A stretch of DNA of 64,000 nt, taken from NCBI RefSeq assembly GCF_006345805.1, contig NC_043014.1:49414001-49478000 (forward strand), in the 5' to 3' direction. Made by a program: the position numbers and the translations under genes. Below the pieces are notes generated by a model. That model saw only the letters and a list, made by a program, of their open reading frames with translations, did not search any database and was not told where the DNA came from. Shown here in pieces: positions 12,172 to 24,056 of this stretch (positions within the stretch are counted from its first letter, which is position 1; each line of letters starts with the position of its first letter). This DNA is from Octopus sinensis (Eukaryota).

Positions 12172-12315
12172 CTGTGAAATTGTGATCTCGGAGTACCTGT
12201 CTCAACTCCTCAGTTGATGGGAAATGCCCAAGACTGTGCATAATTGTGCGAAGTTCATGGACAGATACTGTTCCATCCCCATTGATGTCCAAGAATCGAA
12301 AGGCTTCGCGAAGCT
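12172..12315 (-). CDS. Calmodulin-like protein, coding exon 3 (ELREAFRFLDINGDGTVSVHELRTIMHSLGHFPSTEELRQVLRDHNFT; EF-hand 1)
   Basis: Acceptor TTCAG and donor GTATG. Canonical EF loop DINGDGTVSVHE. Confidence 0.95.
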
Positions 12316-12768
12316 CTGAAGAAAAAAATCAAAAAAAAATTACAAAATCATATACATCTATTGTATTTCCTCCAAGTAATTCTTTCTTTCTCTCTCTTTC
12401 TCACCCCCACTCTCTTTCTCTCTCTCTCATCTCAGTTTACCAAGGGGTGGTATATAGCCCTTAACTATTTTTCCTTTCTATCCTTGAACTCCCAAATCTT
12501 AACATACCTCTACTTCCCTAAACTCATGACATTTTCCTCAATTTAAAATCATTAAATTTTATATTTTGTGATTTAGAGTCAGATGCAAGATGGAACCCGT
12601 GACTGTCTTGCCAAGCCTCTACAACTGATGGAAGAGAAGCAAGAGAACAAAGTGACCCTAAGACCAGAAACCTTAATCTTGGGCCGAATTCTTGCAAAGG
12701 AATCGGCTAATCTAAATGCCAAATGTATCCAAGAGCTATTAGGCAATGGTGTTAAACTGAGCAACGTA

Positions 12769-13755
12769 TTAACCCTTTCATTACCAACCCGGCTGAAACC
12801 ACCTCTGGCTCTGTAGTACAAATGTCTTGCTTTCATAAGTTTTGAATTAAAATCTTCCGCCAAACCTTAGTCACAATTTATGTTCCTAACACTAGCTGAA
12901 TGATAACTAAGTTATGTTACTAAATTCTTTGTTATATTTAAAGTAATTGAAAGAAACACAGAGCATCTCAAAATAGATACAGTAATGAAAGGGTTAAAAT
13001 ATATAATAGAGAAATAATTCTTAACCCTTTTGATACCAACCCAGCTGAAACCACTTCTGGCTCTGTAGTACAAATGTCTTGTTTTCATAAGTTTTGAATT
13101 AAAATCTTCCACCAAACCTTAATCACAATTTATGTTCCTAGCACTAGCTTAATGATAACTAAGTTATTTTACTAAATTCTTTGTTATATTTAAAATTAAT
13201 TGAAAGATACACAGAGCATCTCAAAATAAATACAGTAACGAAAGGGTTAAAATATATAATAGAGAAACAATTCTTAACCCTTTTGATACCAACCCAGCTG
13301 AAACTGACTCTGGCTCTGTAGTACAAATGTCTTGTTTCCATAAGTTTTGAAATAAAATCTTCTACCAAACCTTAGTCATAATTTATGTTCCTAACACCAG
13401 CTGAATGATAACTAAGTTATTTTACTAAATTCTTTGTTATATTTAAAATTAATTGAAAGAAACACGGAGCATTTCAAAATAGATACAGTAATTGAAGGGT
13501 TAAAATATATAATAGAGAAGCAATTCTTAAACCTTTTGATACCAACCTGGCTGAAAATAATTCTAGCTCTGTAGTATAAATGTCTTGTTTTCATAAGTTT
13601 TGAATTAAAATCTTCCACCAAACCTTAGTCACAATTTATGTTCCTAACACTAGCTGAATGATAACTAAGTTATTTTACTAAATTCTTTGTTATATTTAAA
13701 GTAATTGAAAGAAACACAGAACATCTCAAAATAAATACAGTAATGAAAGGGTTAA
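12769..13755. mobile_element. Four tandem piggyBac-type MITEs (TTAA-CCCTTT...AAAGGG-TTAA), period ~253 bp
   Basis: Copies begin at TTAA 12769, 13021, 13274 and 13527, separated by a near-identical 23-bp spacer. Confidence 0.85.
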
Positions 13756-13959
13756 GTCTACCTTAGATACATTTATGACACAAGTGCAATCTATTCAACC
13801 GGTTTCCACACAGTCTCTGTGACTAGGCTTGGCTCAACTTTGAGGTCATGTTAGAAGAGACTTGTCTAATATGTCACGCAGAGGAATCTAAACTAATTAT
13901 GTTCGTGCCCTCATCTACAATTACTAATTACATTAAGAAATAAAATCACTGACAAATAC

Positions 13960-13999
13960 CTTTCAATTCTTTTTCTGGGTGTCTAACTTGAGATTTCGT
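13960..13999 (-). CDS. Calmodulin-like protein, coding exon 2 (TKSQVRHPEKELK+G)
   Basis: Acceptor TTTTCAG and donor GTATTT. 40 nt, phase 0 in and phase 1 out, joining exon 3 in frame (ELK-ELREAF). Confidence 0.85.
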
Positions 14000-14812
14000 C
14001 TGAAAATATAAAAAATACAAAACATTAAATATTTGGTTCACCTGAATGCATGACAGATTTCTCCTAAGACCAACGTCGCTTCACTGGCACCTGTGCCGGT
14101 GGTACATGTAAAAAGATTCGAGCGAGGTCATTGCCAGTACCGCCTGACTGGCCCCCATGTCGGTGGCACATAAAAAGCACCCACTACACTCTCAGAGTGG
14201 TTGGCATTAGGAAGGGCATCAAGCTATAGAAACTCTGCCAGATCAAGATTGGAGCCTGGTGCAGCCATCTGGTTCGCCAGCCCTCAGTCAAAATTGTCCA
14301 ACCCAAGCTAGCATGGAAAGCGGACGTTAAACGATGAACGATGACCACCATATAACTTGGACCTCAAACCATACCATTTCATCCATAATCATTTACCCTC
14401 TTGGTTTCTGCCCTTTTTAATTAAGACCCACGAGCAAGAATCTTCAAAGCTATTAATTCACCTTAAAAATATTTTACAACAGTAAATTTAATGAAATAAT
14501 CAGTTGTTGTTGTTGTTCTTCTTCTTCTTCTTGTTTCACCCTTGGTCAACCAAAGGTGAATAAACTTATGATAAAAAACATTCAAGCTGTGGCCATCTTG
14601 TCTATTTTTACTTTTCTTTCTTTAATGGGTATCCGCAATCCTTTTCACAGCAGTAGAGTGGGACTGGAAAGAAATTGTGGTTGCTATCATTTCTACCAAG
14701 TCAGTTGGCCATATTCAATATCCTCCATAGTATTAAATGGATGTTGTACATAATTTTCATCTTCAATAAGAATGACAAGCCATGACTGGTTTATTACCAT
14801 TCCATTAACACT

Positions 14813-15443
14813 CCATTGACAGTCCACTACTTATCTTCTGACTGTCCATTATCTGTCAATTACCAGTCCAATGACAGTCTATTGACATTCCATTGACAGT
14901 CCACTACTTATCTTCTGACTTTCCATTATTTGTCAGTTACCAGTCCAATGACAGTCTATTGACATTCCATTGACAGTCCACTACTTATCTTCTGACTTTC
15001 CATTATTTGTCAGTTACCAGTCCAATGACAGTCTATTGACATTCCAATGACAGTCCACTACTTATCTTCTGACTGTCCATTATCTGTCAATTACCAGTCC
15101 AATGACAGTCTATTGACATTCCATTGACAGTCCACCACTTATCTTCTGACTTTCCATTATTTGTCAGTTACCAGTCCAATGACAGTCTATTGACATTCCA
15201 TTGACAGTCCACTACTTATCTTCTGACTGTCCATTATCTGTCAATTACCAGTCCAATGACAGTCTATTGACATTCCATTGACAGTCCACTACTTATCTTC
15301 TGACTGTCCATTATCTGTCAATTACCAGTCCAATGACAGTCTATTGACATTCCATTGACAGTCCACTACTTATCTTCTGACTTTCCATTATCTGTCAATT
15401 ACCAGTCCAATGACAGTCTATTGACATTCCATTGACAGTCCAT
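14813..15443. repeat. 77-bp minisatellite x8 (7 x 11-bp higher-order unit) with an inverted degenerate copy at ~15480-15548
   Basis: Unit CCATTGACAGT CCACTACTTAT CTTCTGACTGT CCATTATCTGT CAATTACCAGT CCAATGACAGT CTATTGACATT; period confirmed at 14813, 14890 ... 15429. Confidence 0.95.
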
Positions 15444-15994
15444 TACTACTCCATTGTCACTCCAATGACTGTCCATTTGTAATGGACTGTCATTGGACAA
15501 ATACTGGGCTGTCAATAGACCAGTAATGAACTGGTAATTGACTGTCAACAAGGCTAACCAAGGATTAATCCTTTAGTATTCAGGTACTTGTGCTGGTGGC
15601 ACGTGAAAAAATATTTGAGCGAGGTCGTTGCCAGTGCCGCTGAACTGGCTGCTGTGCAGGTGGCACATAAAAAGCACCTTCTGCCGAGGTCAACTTTGTC
15701 TTTCATCTTTTCGGGGTCAGTAAATTAAGTACCAGTTGCATACTGGAGTCAATCTAACCGACTGTCCCCCATTACAAAAATTTCGGGCTTTGTGCCTAGA
15801 GTTGAAAAGAAAATAAAGGAGTGCAAAAGGGCTCCCATCAATTAGTTTAATACTTGCAATGATGATGACAATCATAAAAACAACAACACAGGCAAGCACT
15901 ATTGTGGTTCTTCAATCCGTTAGAAACAGCAGCCAAGTCTCCCTCAAATCACAGTCACTGTTTTAGAAAAGTATATAGGGGTGGGTAAAAGTTG

Positions 15995-16345
15995 GTAAAG
16001 AGTAAAGACTCCCTTCAGTCATGAATGACCATGGGATTGCACCTAGAAAGTTACCCTCTGAGGCACAAGTCCAAGAAAGGTTGTTTATAGGGAAGCCCAT
16101 CAGTCACCCATGCATACCAGCCTCCCCTCTCTACACCACTGATGTCATCAAAGGGAAAGGCAAAGGAGCCGATACAGCTTGGCACCAGTGACATAGCAAC
16201 TCATTTCTACAGCTGAGTGAACTGGAGCAAAATGACAATGAAGTGTCTTGCTCAAGAACACAACACACAGCCCGGTCTGGGAATCGAACTCACTACCTCA
16301 TGATTGTAAGCCTGACAATCTAACTACTGAGCTATGCACCTTCAC
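15995..16345 (-). mobile_element. tRNA-derived SINE
   Basis: TAGCTCAGTAGTTAG A-box and GAGTTCGATTCC B-box; related head at 31893-32214. Confidence 0.7.
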
Positions 16346-17586
16346 ATGGCTCAGTGGTATACAGTTTCTTAATATGAGAAGAATGTTCTCTTCACTTCTG
16401 TATTTCCTTTTTAGGATAAAAATTCTCTGATTCTATGTTATTTTTAATTAACCCTTTCAATTACAAAATAATTATTTCTAATTATAACTATTATAACTGT
16501 ATACCTACTTTTGTCCTCCCCTGTATGTTAGATGATATACCCCTGAGTTCTCTATGCATAATACGAAGGAAAAAGATGGGATGGTCATGGTTGGAATGGT
16601 TCTGAGCCTGAGCCTGCTTGATCAGGATTAAACCTAAGCCAGCAACAATAACAATGATGATAACAACAACACAAATGACAACAACAATTTGGCATAATAA
16701 CATCGGCAAAAGACCTAAAATAAGAAGGAGGGGTGAGGAGTAGGTGGCTGAGTATCTCAATCCTTCACATCTCTTTCCGTCTCTTCCTGTTGTTTATTTT
16801 ACTGACCCAGGGAAGGATGAGAAAGGCAAAATTGACTCTGATAGGATTTGAACTCAGATCATGCATAATGGGATGTAACTAGACTACTGGCAAAGCATAT
16901 CGCCACTGCCACCACCAAAACCACCACCACCACCACCACCACCACCACTACCACTACTCTTACAACTACCAGCACCAGCACCTCACATCCACCACCCCTA
17001 TTATGACAACTACTACCAATACCACCAACGCCGCCGCCACCACCACCACCACCACTCTTACAACTACCAGCACCAGCACCCTCAAATCCACCACCCCTAT
17101 TATGACAACTACCACAAACACCACCAACACTGCGGCCACCACCACCAAAACCACCACCATCACCACCACCACAACCACCACCACCACCACAACAACTACC
17201 AGCACCAGCACCCTCACATCCATCACCCCTATTATGACAACTACCACCACCACCACCACCACTGCAACTACTACACCACCACCATCACAGCCACTACTAA
17301 CGCTGATGCAGCTGCGCTTGAAAAGAGACGAGAGGGGTCACTGGTTCTAATTATTTCCGCCCGATAATTAGTAGCTTGACCTAAAAAACAGGAAGTGGCC
17401 ATATTTTACGTAAGTTTCATGCTCTCTGTCTGTTGTCTGTTCGTCAGTTGAGATCTCTGTTTATCTGTTTGTCTGTCTGTCTGTCTGTCTTTCTGACATT
17501 CTGGCTTTCCACTCAAGTCTGTTTGAGATTTCATAAATATTTCAAAATTAGACCCAGAAGTACGACATACATATATTGCTTTGTAA

Positions 17587-17619
<33 letters not shown>

Positions 17620-17649
17620 CCTATGTAGTGGACACACAGACATGGTAAG

Positions 17650-18680
17650 CTTAACTATTTCTCTGAAGACTGAAAGAAATGAAGAATAGCCTAGATCAAT
17701 TTTCGAACATTATTGGGGTCTCATCAGGTGTGAATGTGTACATGTATGTATTTGTATGTGTGTAGTGTTTAAGATGTCAAGAGGACTATCGTTTGTTCTT
17801 TTGGTTTATATAAATGTGTGCATATGCACACACTTCTGCATATATTTGGGCATATATGTGTAGTAGGATATATGAATGGGTGTATGCTTTAAGTATGCAT
17901 GTGTGAGTATTTTCATGTATATAAGTGTGTGCATGCATGTGTGTGTGAAGTTTATGCTTGTAGATGTGGGCTTTTGGTGTTAGTTTGAACCTGTTTGAAG
18001 TTTGGACCATTTTTTGAAAATGAATTTATTTTGGTGGCTGCATTGTGACATGATCTCATTTCTCTGATTTACAATTGTACATTTTGTGTGAATATGTGTT
18101 ATTTTCCTGTGGTGCAGAGGGGGCAGATACCAAAGCAGTTTGTATATGATGGTGCATAATCTATAATGCCCTATTTTTTATGTTTGCAGTGATGTTGTGA
18201 TGTATTTGGACAGTGATGTTGTATTACTTTTATATATAGCCTAGAATGTATATGGCATAGAATGTGCATATATATTGTGTACATCAGCTTTTAAACATTC
18301 TACTAGTGGCACTGATATAGTTTCTTTCTGTTTTCCTTCTTGTGAAAATGTTGCTTCATATACTGTTTGTTTATAAACAATTTCTGTGGGCATGTTCTAA
18401 TTCTTACGAAATTGCATCTGTTTTGCAGCTGTGTGTTGCTAACTGTGTTATTGTTTAGTGATTATATGATGCATCTTATGCTTTTTGATTTTTATACTGT
18501 TTCTGTTGAATGATTTGTAGTATTTGTATTCAGTTGCAGAGTAGTTACTGATTAATCTAGGAAGATGTATGCTATATTCCTTATTACATTAAGGCTGAAA
18601 AGAGGATTAAACCAAATGATGTTTCTTTCCCTGGGTTTCTTTTGTTTCATGACACAGATTCTGCCAGCACACTGCCTTAG
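17650..18680 (-). mobile_element. Decayed Penelope-like (Naiad-type) 3' fragment: GIY-YIG endonuclease plus 3' UTR with a degenerate HHR (~17690-17730)
   Basis: Frameshifted minus-strand translation gives CN..RTCP..NCL..VYEAT..YIS.T..FK..TSLSKYI..APSYTN..CPLC..VNQRNEIMSQCSHQNK; CUGAUGA..GAAA lies downstream. Confidence 0.75.
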
Positions 18681-18688
18681 CATACATA

Positions 18689-18719
<31 letters not shown>

Positions 18720-19694
18720 TAATAGCTACAGCAAATGTTCTGCTCAGTACCACAGATTTGCTTGTCAGTTGTTTGACCTTAACCATTTGAGCATGTCCCT
18801 TGGTGGCTGATGATATGTGCATCTCTGACCCTGAGCATCATAGCTCTGTGTTGAAAGGAATTCTTAGAGGTTTGGATAATTCACCTTTGGAAACATGGGT
18901 GCTTCGTTCAACATCCTTAAACCACCCTTATACAGGGACCTTTTGAGCAGGATGGGTTACTCGACCAGAAGAAAATTCTAACTGGGCCCCACCTGCAAGG
19001 TCGTGTGCTGTGTATCTTGGTATGAGATCCCCATGTCGTGCACACGTGGTTGTGATGCATGTACCTGGTGTACCCTTATCAGCCGGGTAGTCACGATGGG
19101 TATATTGGGCTTCGTATATTTTACCCCAGTGTCACTTTGATGGCATGCATTGCTCTCTCTCTCTCTTTCACTGAATAATAATAATAAAAAAATAAATAAA
19201 TAAATAAATAATCAGTCACTTTTGATGACTAATTTTCACTTCAATGACGAACAAACAACTGAATGAGGCATACTTTACAACAACCACAACAACCACAACT
19301 CTTACCACGGCCACAGTGGCAGGAACAACAACAACAACAACAGCAATATAGCGGTGGGGTGGGGGGAACGTCCAGCTGCAGGTCTGATGGGAAAACCATT
19401 TTTGTTTTCAAGATGAAACTTAGACGGAAATTCCTACTTGACCATTTCAAAATGATGATTCGTCATTAGAGGTGTTTATGTGTGACAAGGACGTCAGTGG
19501 GGGGGGGAGGTGGAGGTGGCGGTGGGTGGTGGTGGTGGTGGGTGGTGTTGGTGGTGGGTGGTGGTGGTGGTTGTGAGGTGAGGGTGGAGTAGTTGGTGGT
19601 TTTGGTTTGTAGTGGTGGTGGTGGTGGTATTAACATCATTGGTAGTGGTGCTGTGGCGTATACATACATATGCGTGTATGTGTGTGTATGTATG

Positions 19695-19753
<59 letters not shown>

Positions 19754-20031
19754 TATATATGCATATATATATATAATTATATATATATACACACATATAC
19801 ACACACATACACATATATGTATATATATATCTTATATATATATATATATATAAAACATAAGTATGTGTATACATATACGTGTGTGTGTGTGTGTGTATTT
19901 ATGCCTTTCATCAATTCGGGATCGATAAATTAAGTACCAGTTACGCACTGGGGGACGATGTAATCGACTTAGTTCGTTTTTGTCTGTCCTTATTTGTCCC
20001 CTCTGCATTTAGCCCCTTGTGGGTAGCAAAG

Positions 20032-20065
<34 letters not shown>

Positions 20066-21211
20066 TTGTATATACATACATGTATGTATGTATGTATGTA
20101 TGTATGTATGTATGTATGTATGTATGTATGTATGTATGTACGTATGTAATTATTTAAGCATCGGGTATGTACCTAGTAGTTAGCGGTGAAGCACGTATTA
20201 AAACCGAACGAAACAGGGTATATTTAACGAGATACCCCTGTAAAATCATCTGACGAGACACTTCTGCGCCGAGAGATGCACCACAACCACTTGTACAGAA
20301 TCCCGCCCGCGAGGGATCGTTGCAGGATGGATCGAAACGATAGCTGTGAGCAATAAAGTTTCTCGTATATTACACTTTTCGTCTCTGTCATTTGTTATAT
20401 ATGAATGTATGCCTGTATGTACGTATGTATCGATAACATACGTACGTACGTATATATGTACATATGTTATTAACCTGAACAATTGTCGCATCGCGCACGG
20501 TACGCTACACAAGCCCGTGCGATTACTGTACGATCTAAGCGTGAAACTTGAAGTAGTTCACGTATAACTCTTGTTTTCATTAAATCAGATGTGCATGCAT
20601 GCACGCACACTCATACACGCATGCACACACATTATACACATACACTCACCGTAGCATGCATACATATACTCAATACGATAGGATTTCTCAGTTTCCGTCC
20701 AACGGATTCACTCAGAATGCATTAGTTGGGATGGAACTATAGTAGAAGACACTTGCTTAAGGCGCTGTGCATAGGAACTGAACCTGAAACTACGTGACTG
20801 GGAAATTGATTCCTTAACCAAAAAGCGTCATGTTTAATCAAATGATTTTAAACTTTTAAAACTTGTCAAACCCCAAAGAAAGAATTTTTACGGAGACAAA
20901 ATCTGTTCCGTTTTCTTTCTTTTTTCTTTTTTCATGAATATAGAGTGGGTGGGGTGGATTTTACTATATACCTGGGTGTAGGGCATTTGCTGATTTAAGA
21001 CTCACTGATCGAAGTGGATATGCTAATGAGGTAGACTCTTCATTAGTAATTCTCAACCAATCTTTTGCCTATGATCCCTTTTAATTATCACGTTAAGGAG
21101 GAGACCTCGCTTTGTTAGAAACATTAGTCAAACTTGCCTCCAATCCCACCTAACTATTTTAGATTATTGTTCTAGCAGAGATAGGTAGAGAGTTAATCGT
21201 TAACATTGATC

Positions 21212-22102
21212 CAGGACCGGATTAATATATGCGCCAACATGAAGGCGGCGAGCTGGCAGAAACGTTAGCACGCCGGGCGAAATACTCAACAGTATTTCGT
21301 CTGCCGCTACGTTCTGAGTTCAAGTTCCGCCGAGGTCGTCATTGCCTTTCATCCTTTCGGGGTCGATCAAATAAGTACCAGTTACGCACTGGGGTTGATA
21401 TAATCGACTTAATCCGTTTGTCTGCCCTTGTTTGTGCTCTCTGTTTAGCTCCTTGTGGGTAGTAAAGAAATAGGCATTTCGTCTGTCGCTACGTTCTGAG
21501 TTCCAATTCCGCCGAGGTCGACTTTGCCTTTCATCCTTTCGGGCTCGATAAATTAAGTACCAGTTACGCACTGGAGTCGATCTAATTGACTGGACCCCTC
21601 CCCCAAAATTTCGGGCCTTGTGCCTAGAGTAGAAAAGAATACATGCACCAACATGGCCCACGGCCTGAAGCTTAAGGAGCTCCTTGAACTCAAAGAAGCT
21701 AAGTTGGAGTTTTAAATTTAAAAAAATATATTCATAGCAATCAAATAAAAAAATTGTAATTCTTTTAACGTGTCTAAATTTTCTGAATCCCACAGAGTTC
21801 TGTTAAAATTATTGGGCCCCCTTTTGATTTAAATCTTAAAAGCTATCGAATTTGAGTTCCTCTAAGTCCACTTAGGCCCTTTAGGGGTAGCTTCAAACTG
21901 TTTGTGGTCAATAGATTTAATGAAACCCTCTTTATTATCTTATAATGATCTGAATTAGTTCTTTTTAAAACAAAGATTTAAAAAAAAAATACTTTGAATA
22001 TGTGTTATCTTCTGAAAAATATATTCTGAAAACATACGTAAAATTGTAGGGGCTCCTAAAATTTATTGGCCCAGGGCCCCACTAAGTCTAAGTCCGGTCC
22101 TG
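21212..22102. mobile_element. hAT-type non-autonomous element hosting two tandem Meta-domain SINEs (21241-21471, 21472-~21640)
   Basis: TIRs CAGGACCGGA / TCCGGTCCTG; 8-bp TSD CATTGATC/CATTCACC; SINE core GCCTTTCATCCTTTCGGGGTCGAT..AAGTACCAG. Confidence 0.75.
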
Positions 22103-22715
22103 CATTCACCCTAGTATATGACTCGTGCTTTGTTTTATCAAGTCCCCAAAGAATGAAAGTTAATGAAATTGACTTTGATAGGATTTGAACTCGGCATATA
22201 AAGTGCTGTGACCGCTCGGTAGATTCTGTCAATCTACCACCCTCGCCATCTCTCAAGAGTGAAGATATTTAATCATAAATTATAGTATTAGCTACCTCCC
22301 AAAGCCAACCCCCTCGTCATCCCCGCTACAAAGAAGGCATGACTGTCACAGCTGGAATGTCTTTGATCATGGGTTTCAATGGTCGATCAGAACTGGCCTG
22401 GGAGCTGGACGACAACCAGAACAGCAACAACAATAACACCATCGACTCCACCACCAATAACAGCCGTTCAAGAATTTGGACCTGGAGATCTCCATTTCCA
22501 GCGACTTCGAGGGCCACCTCCCAGTGGTGTCGGGCGTCAACGAAGAGCCCTCGACTACAACAAGACGACCAAAATTTTTTTTTCCCCAAGGTCTGGGGTC
22601 TCCTTCCCCTAAGTCCTAGACCATCACCTAATCACCCTTACCCGTCTAGTTGCTTAACAGCAACAACAACAACAACCACTAATAACAAATAGTATAACGA
22701 CGACATCATCATTGC

Positions 22716-23197
22716 CAGGGCCGTCTTGAGAGCATTATAGGCTCCCCGGAAAATCAGTGCACTGGGATCTTTTGCGTTTACTTATTGGCAGGCAGTAAAC
22801 CACATCATACCTAGATAAGAATTGAACCCCTAGACCAGTGGTTTTCAACCAGGGTTCCGCTAGTACAGTCCAGGAGTTCCGCAAGAAGTTACAAAACTGC
22901 TAAAATCGGCAGTAATTTTTAATTTTCCTGTGCAGATATGTGTGCATAAGACTATTAAATTATTGCACAGGGGTTCCTCGAGCCAGTGGAATGTTTCCTT
23001 GGGGTTCCGCTCCAGCAAAAAGTTTAAAAAGCACTGCCCTAGACCCTTAAGGCCCTCGGGCGAATCAATTGCATTGGGCCCTGCAACAATTTTTTTCTTG
23101 ACAGCAAATCACATCATACATATATTAGAATTGGGCCCCAAGATCTGTGAGGCCCCCGGGTAACTGTCCAGTGAACCCATGCCTTAAGACGGCGCTG
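22716..23197. mobile_element. hAT MITE (CAGGGCCGTCTT TIR) with a nested Charlie/Buster-like MITE at 22836-23036
   Basis: Inner element CAGTG...CACTG with perfect 8-bp TSD CCCTAGAC; outer TSD degenerate. Confidence 0.8.
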
Positions 23198-23339
23198 ATT
23201 ACTACGATTACGACTACTACTAACAACAGCAACAACAAAAACAGTTACACTAATAACATAAAATCAAAGAGAAAACTATTAATTCTGCGCGAAACAAAAA
23301 TAAGAAAGAAAGAAAGAAAGAAGAAACTGAAATACTTAC

Positions 23340-23387
23340 CAACATTTTTGCGTTTGGTCCTGAAGTCATTAACTCTTTGCAATACAT
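23340..23387 (-). CDS. Calmodulin-like 4-EF-hand protein, coding exon 1 (MYCKELMTSGPNAKML)
   Basis: ATG at 23387 with an in-frame TAA upstream (23405-23403); alternative ATGs at 23369 and 23345. Strong donor G|GTAAGT at 23339, phase 0, matching exon 2. TATA-containing promoter ~570 bp upstream. Confidence 0.75.
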
Positions 23388-23949
23388 AAATATATCAATA
23401 ATTTATCAATGAATTTTATCAGTAATTATCGATATCTCACTGTATATCGATACACGTATCAATCAGAAACGATAACGTGAGTTCTGTTGGTTTCTTAGGG
23501 TTTTTTAAAAAGTAAATTTACTCAATTTAACAATTATATAATCTTAAAAGATTAATTAATTAATTAATTAATTAACAACACTTATAAATGTAGTTAATTA
23601 ATTATCAATTTTTTTTAGCTTTGTTTTCGTGGTTGCTGTTTTGTTTTTTTGTTTTTTTTCACTTGTTTAATGAAGAATTAATTGCTTCGTTAATTTAAGA
23701 AAAATAATCTTGAAGCTTCCTTTATCGCAAAGCTTTTATATGCAAATTGCTCAGTTTGGTTTCTGTTGTTGCTTTTAGGGGGTTTTCTTTCACAATGTAA
23801 TAAACCTTCCTTCCTATCGATGCTGTTGTAGTCGTTCCGTGTGTGGCAAACACCAAAAAGAATTTATACACGAACAATCAATCTTCACTGATCAAAAAAA
23901 GATGAACGTCTGCTGAGAGCGAATTAATAGCGATTCAGAGATGCGAGGG

Positions 23950-24056
23950 GCCTTTTTATATGTTTGTCGGCTGCGAGAGTGGCGGACGCGGGTCGGGCGG
24001 AGGTGTTGCTCTGACGTCGTTCACTTCCACTGGTTCTTCTAAGATTTAACGTCAGA
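23950..24056 (-). promoter_or_regulatory. Core promoter of the calmodulin-like gene
   Basis: TATAAAAAGG on - at 23960-23951, GC box GGGCGG 23995-24000, CRE-like TGACGTCG 24012-24019, ETS-like GGAAGTG 24022-24028, half-CRE near 24050. Locally CpG-rich. Confidence 0.65.

Noticed and set aside
14813-15443. CRISPR-like appearance of the 77-bp array (and the 253-bp array at 12769-13755)
   Set aside because: No unique spacers, no cas genes, eukaryotic intron.
17003-17350. Thr-rich mucin-like ORF
   Set aside because: Derived from an (ACC)n-based compound repeat in intron 1; no signal peptide or exon context.
17385-17420. ETS site plus CCATATTTTA resembling a serum response element, and a + strand GTAAGT donor
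   Set aside because: The CArG lacks its terminal GG and no downstream + strand exon was identified.
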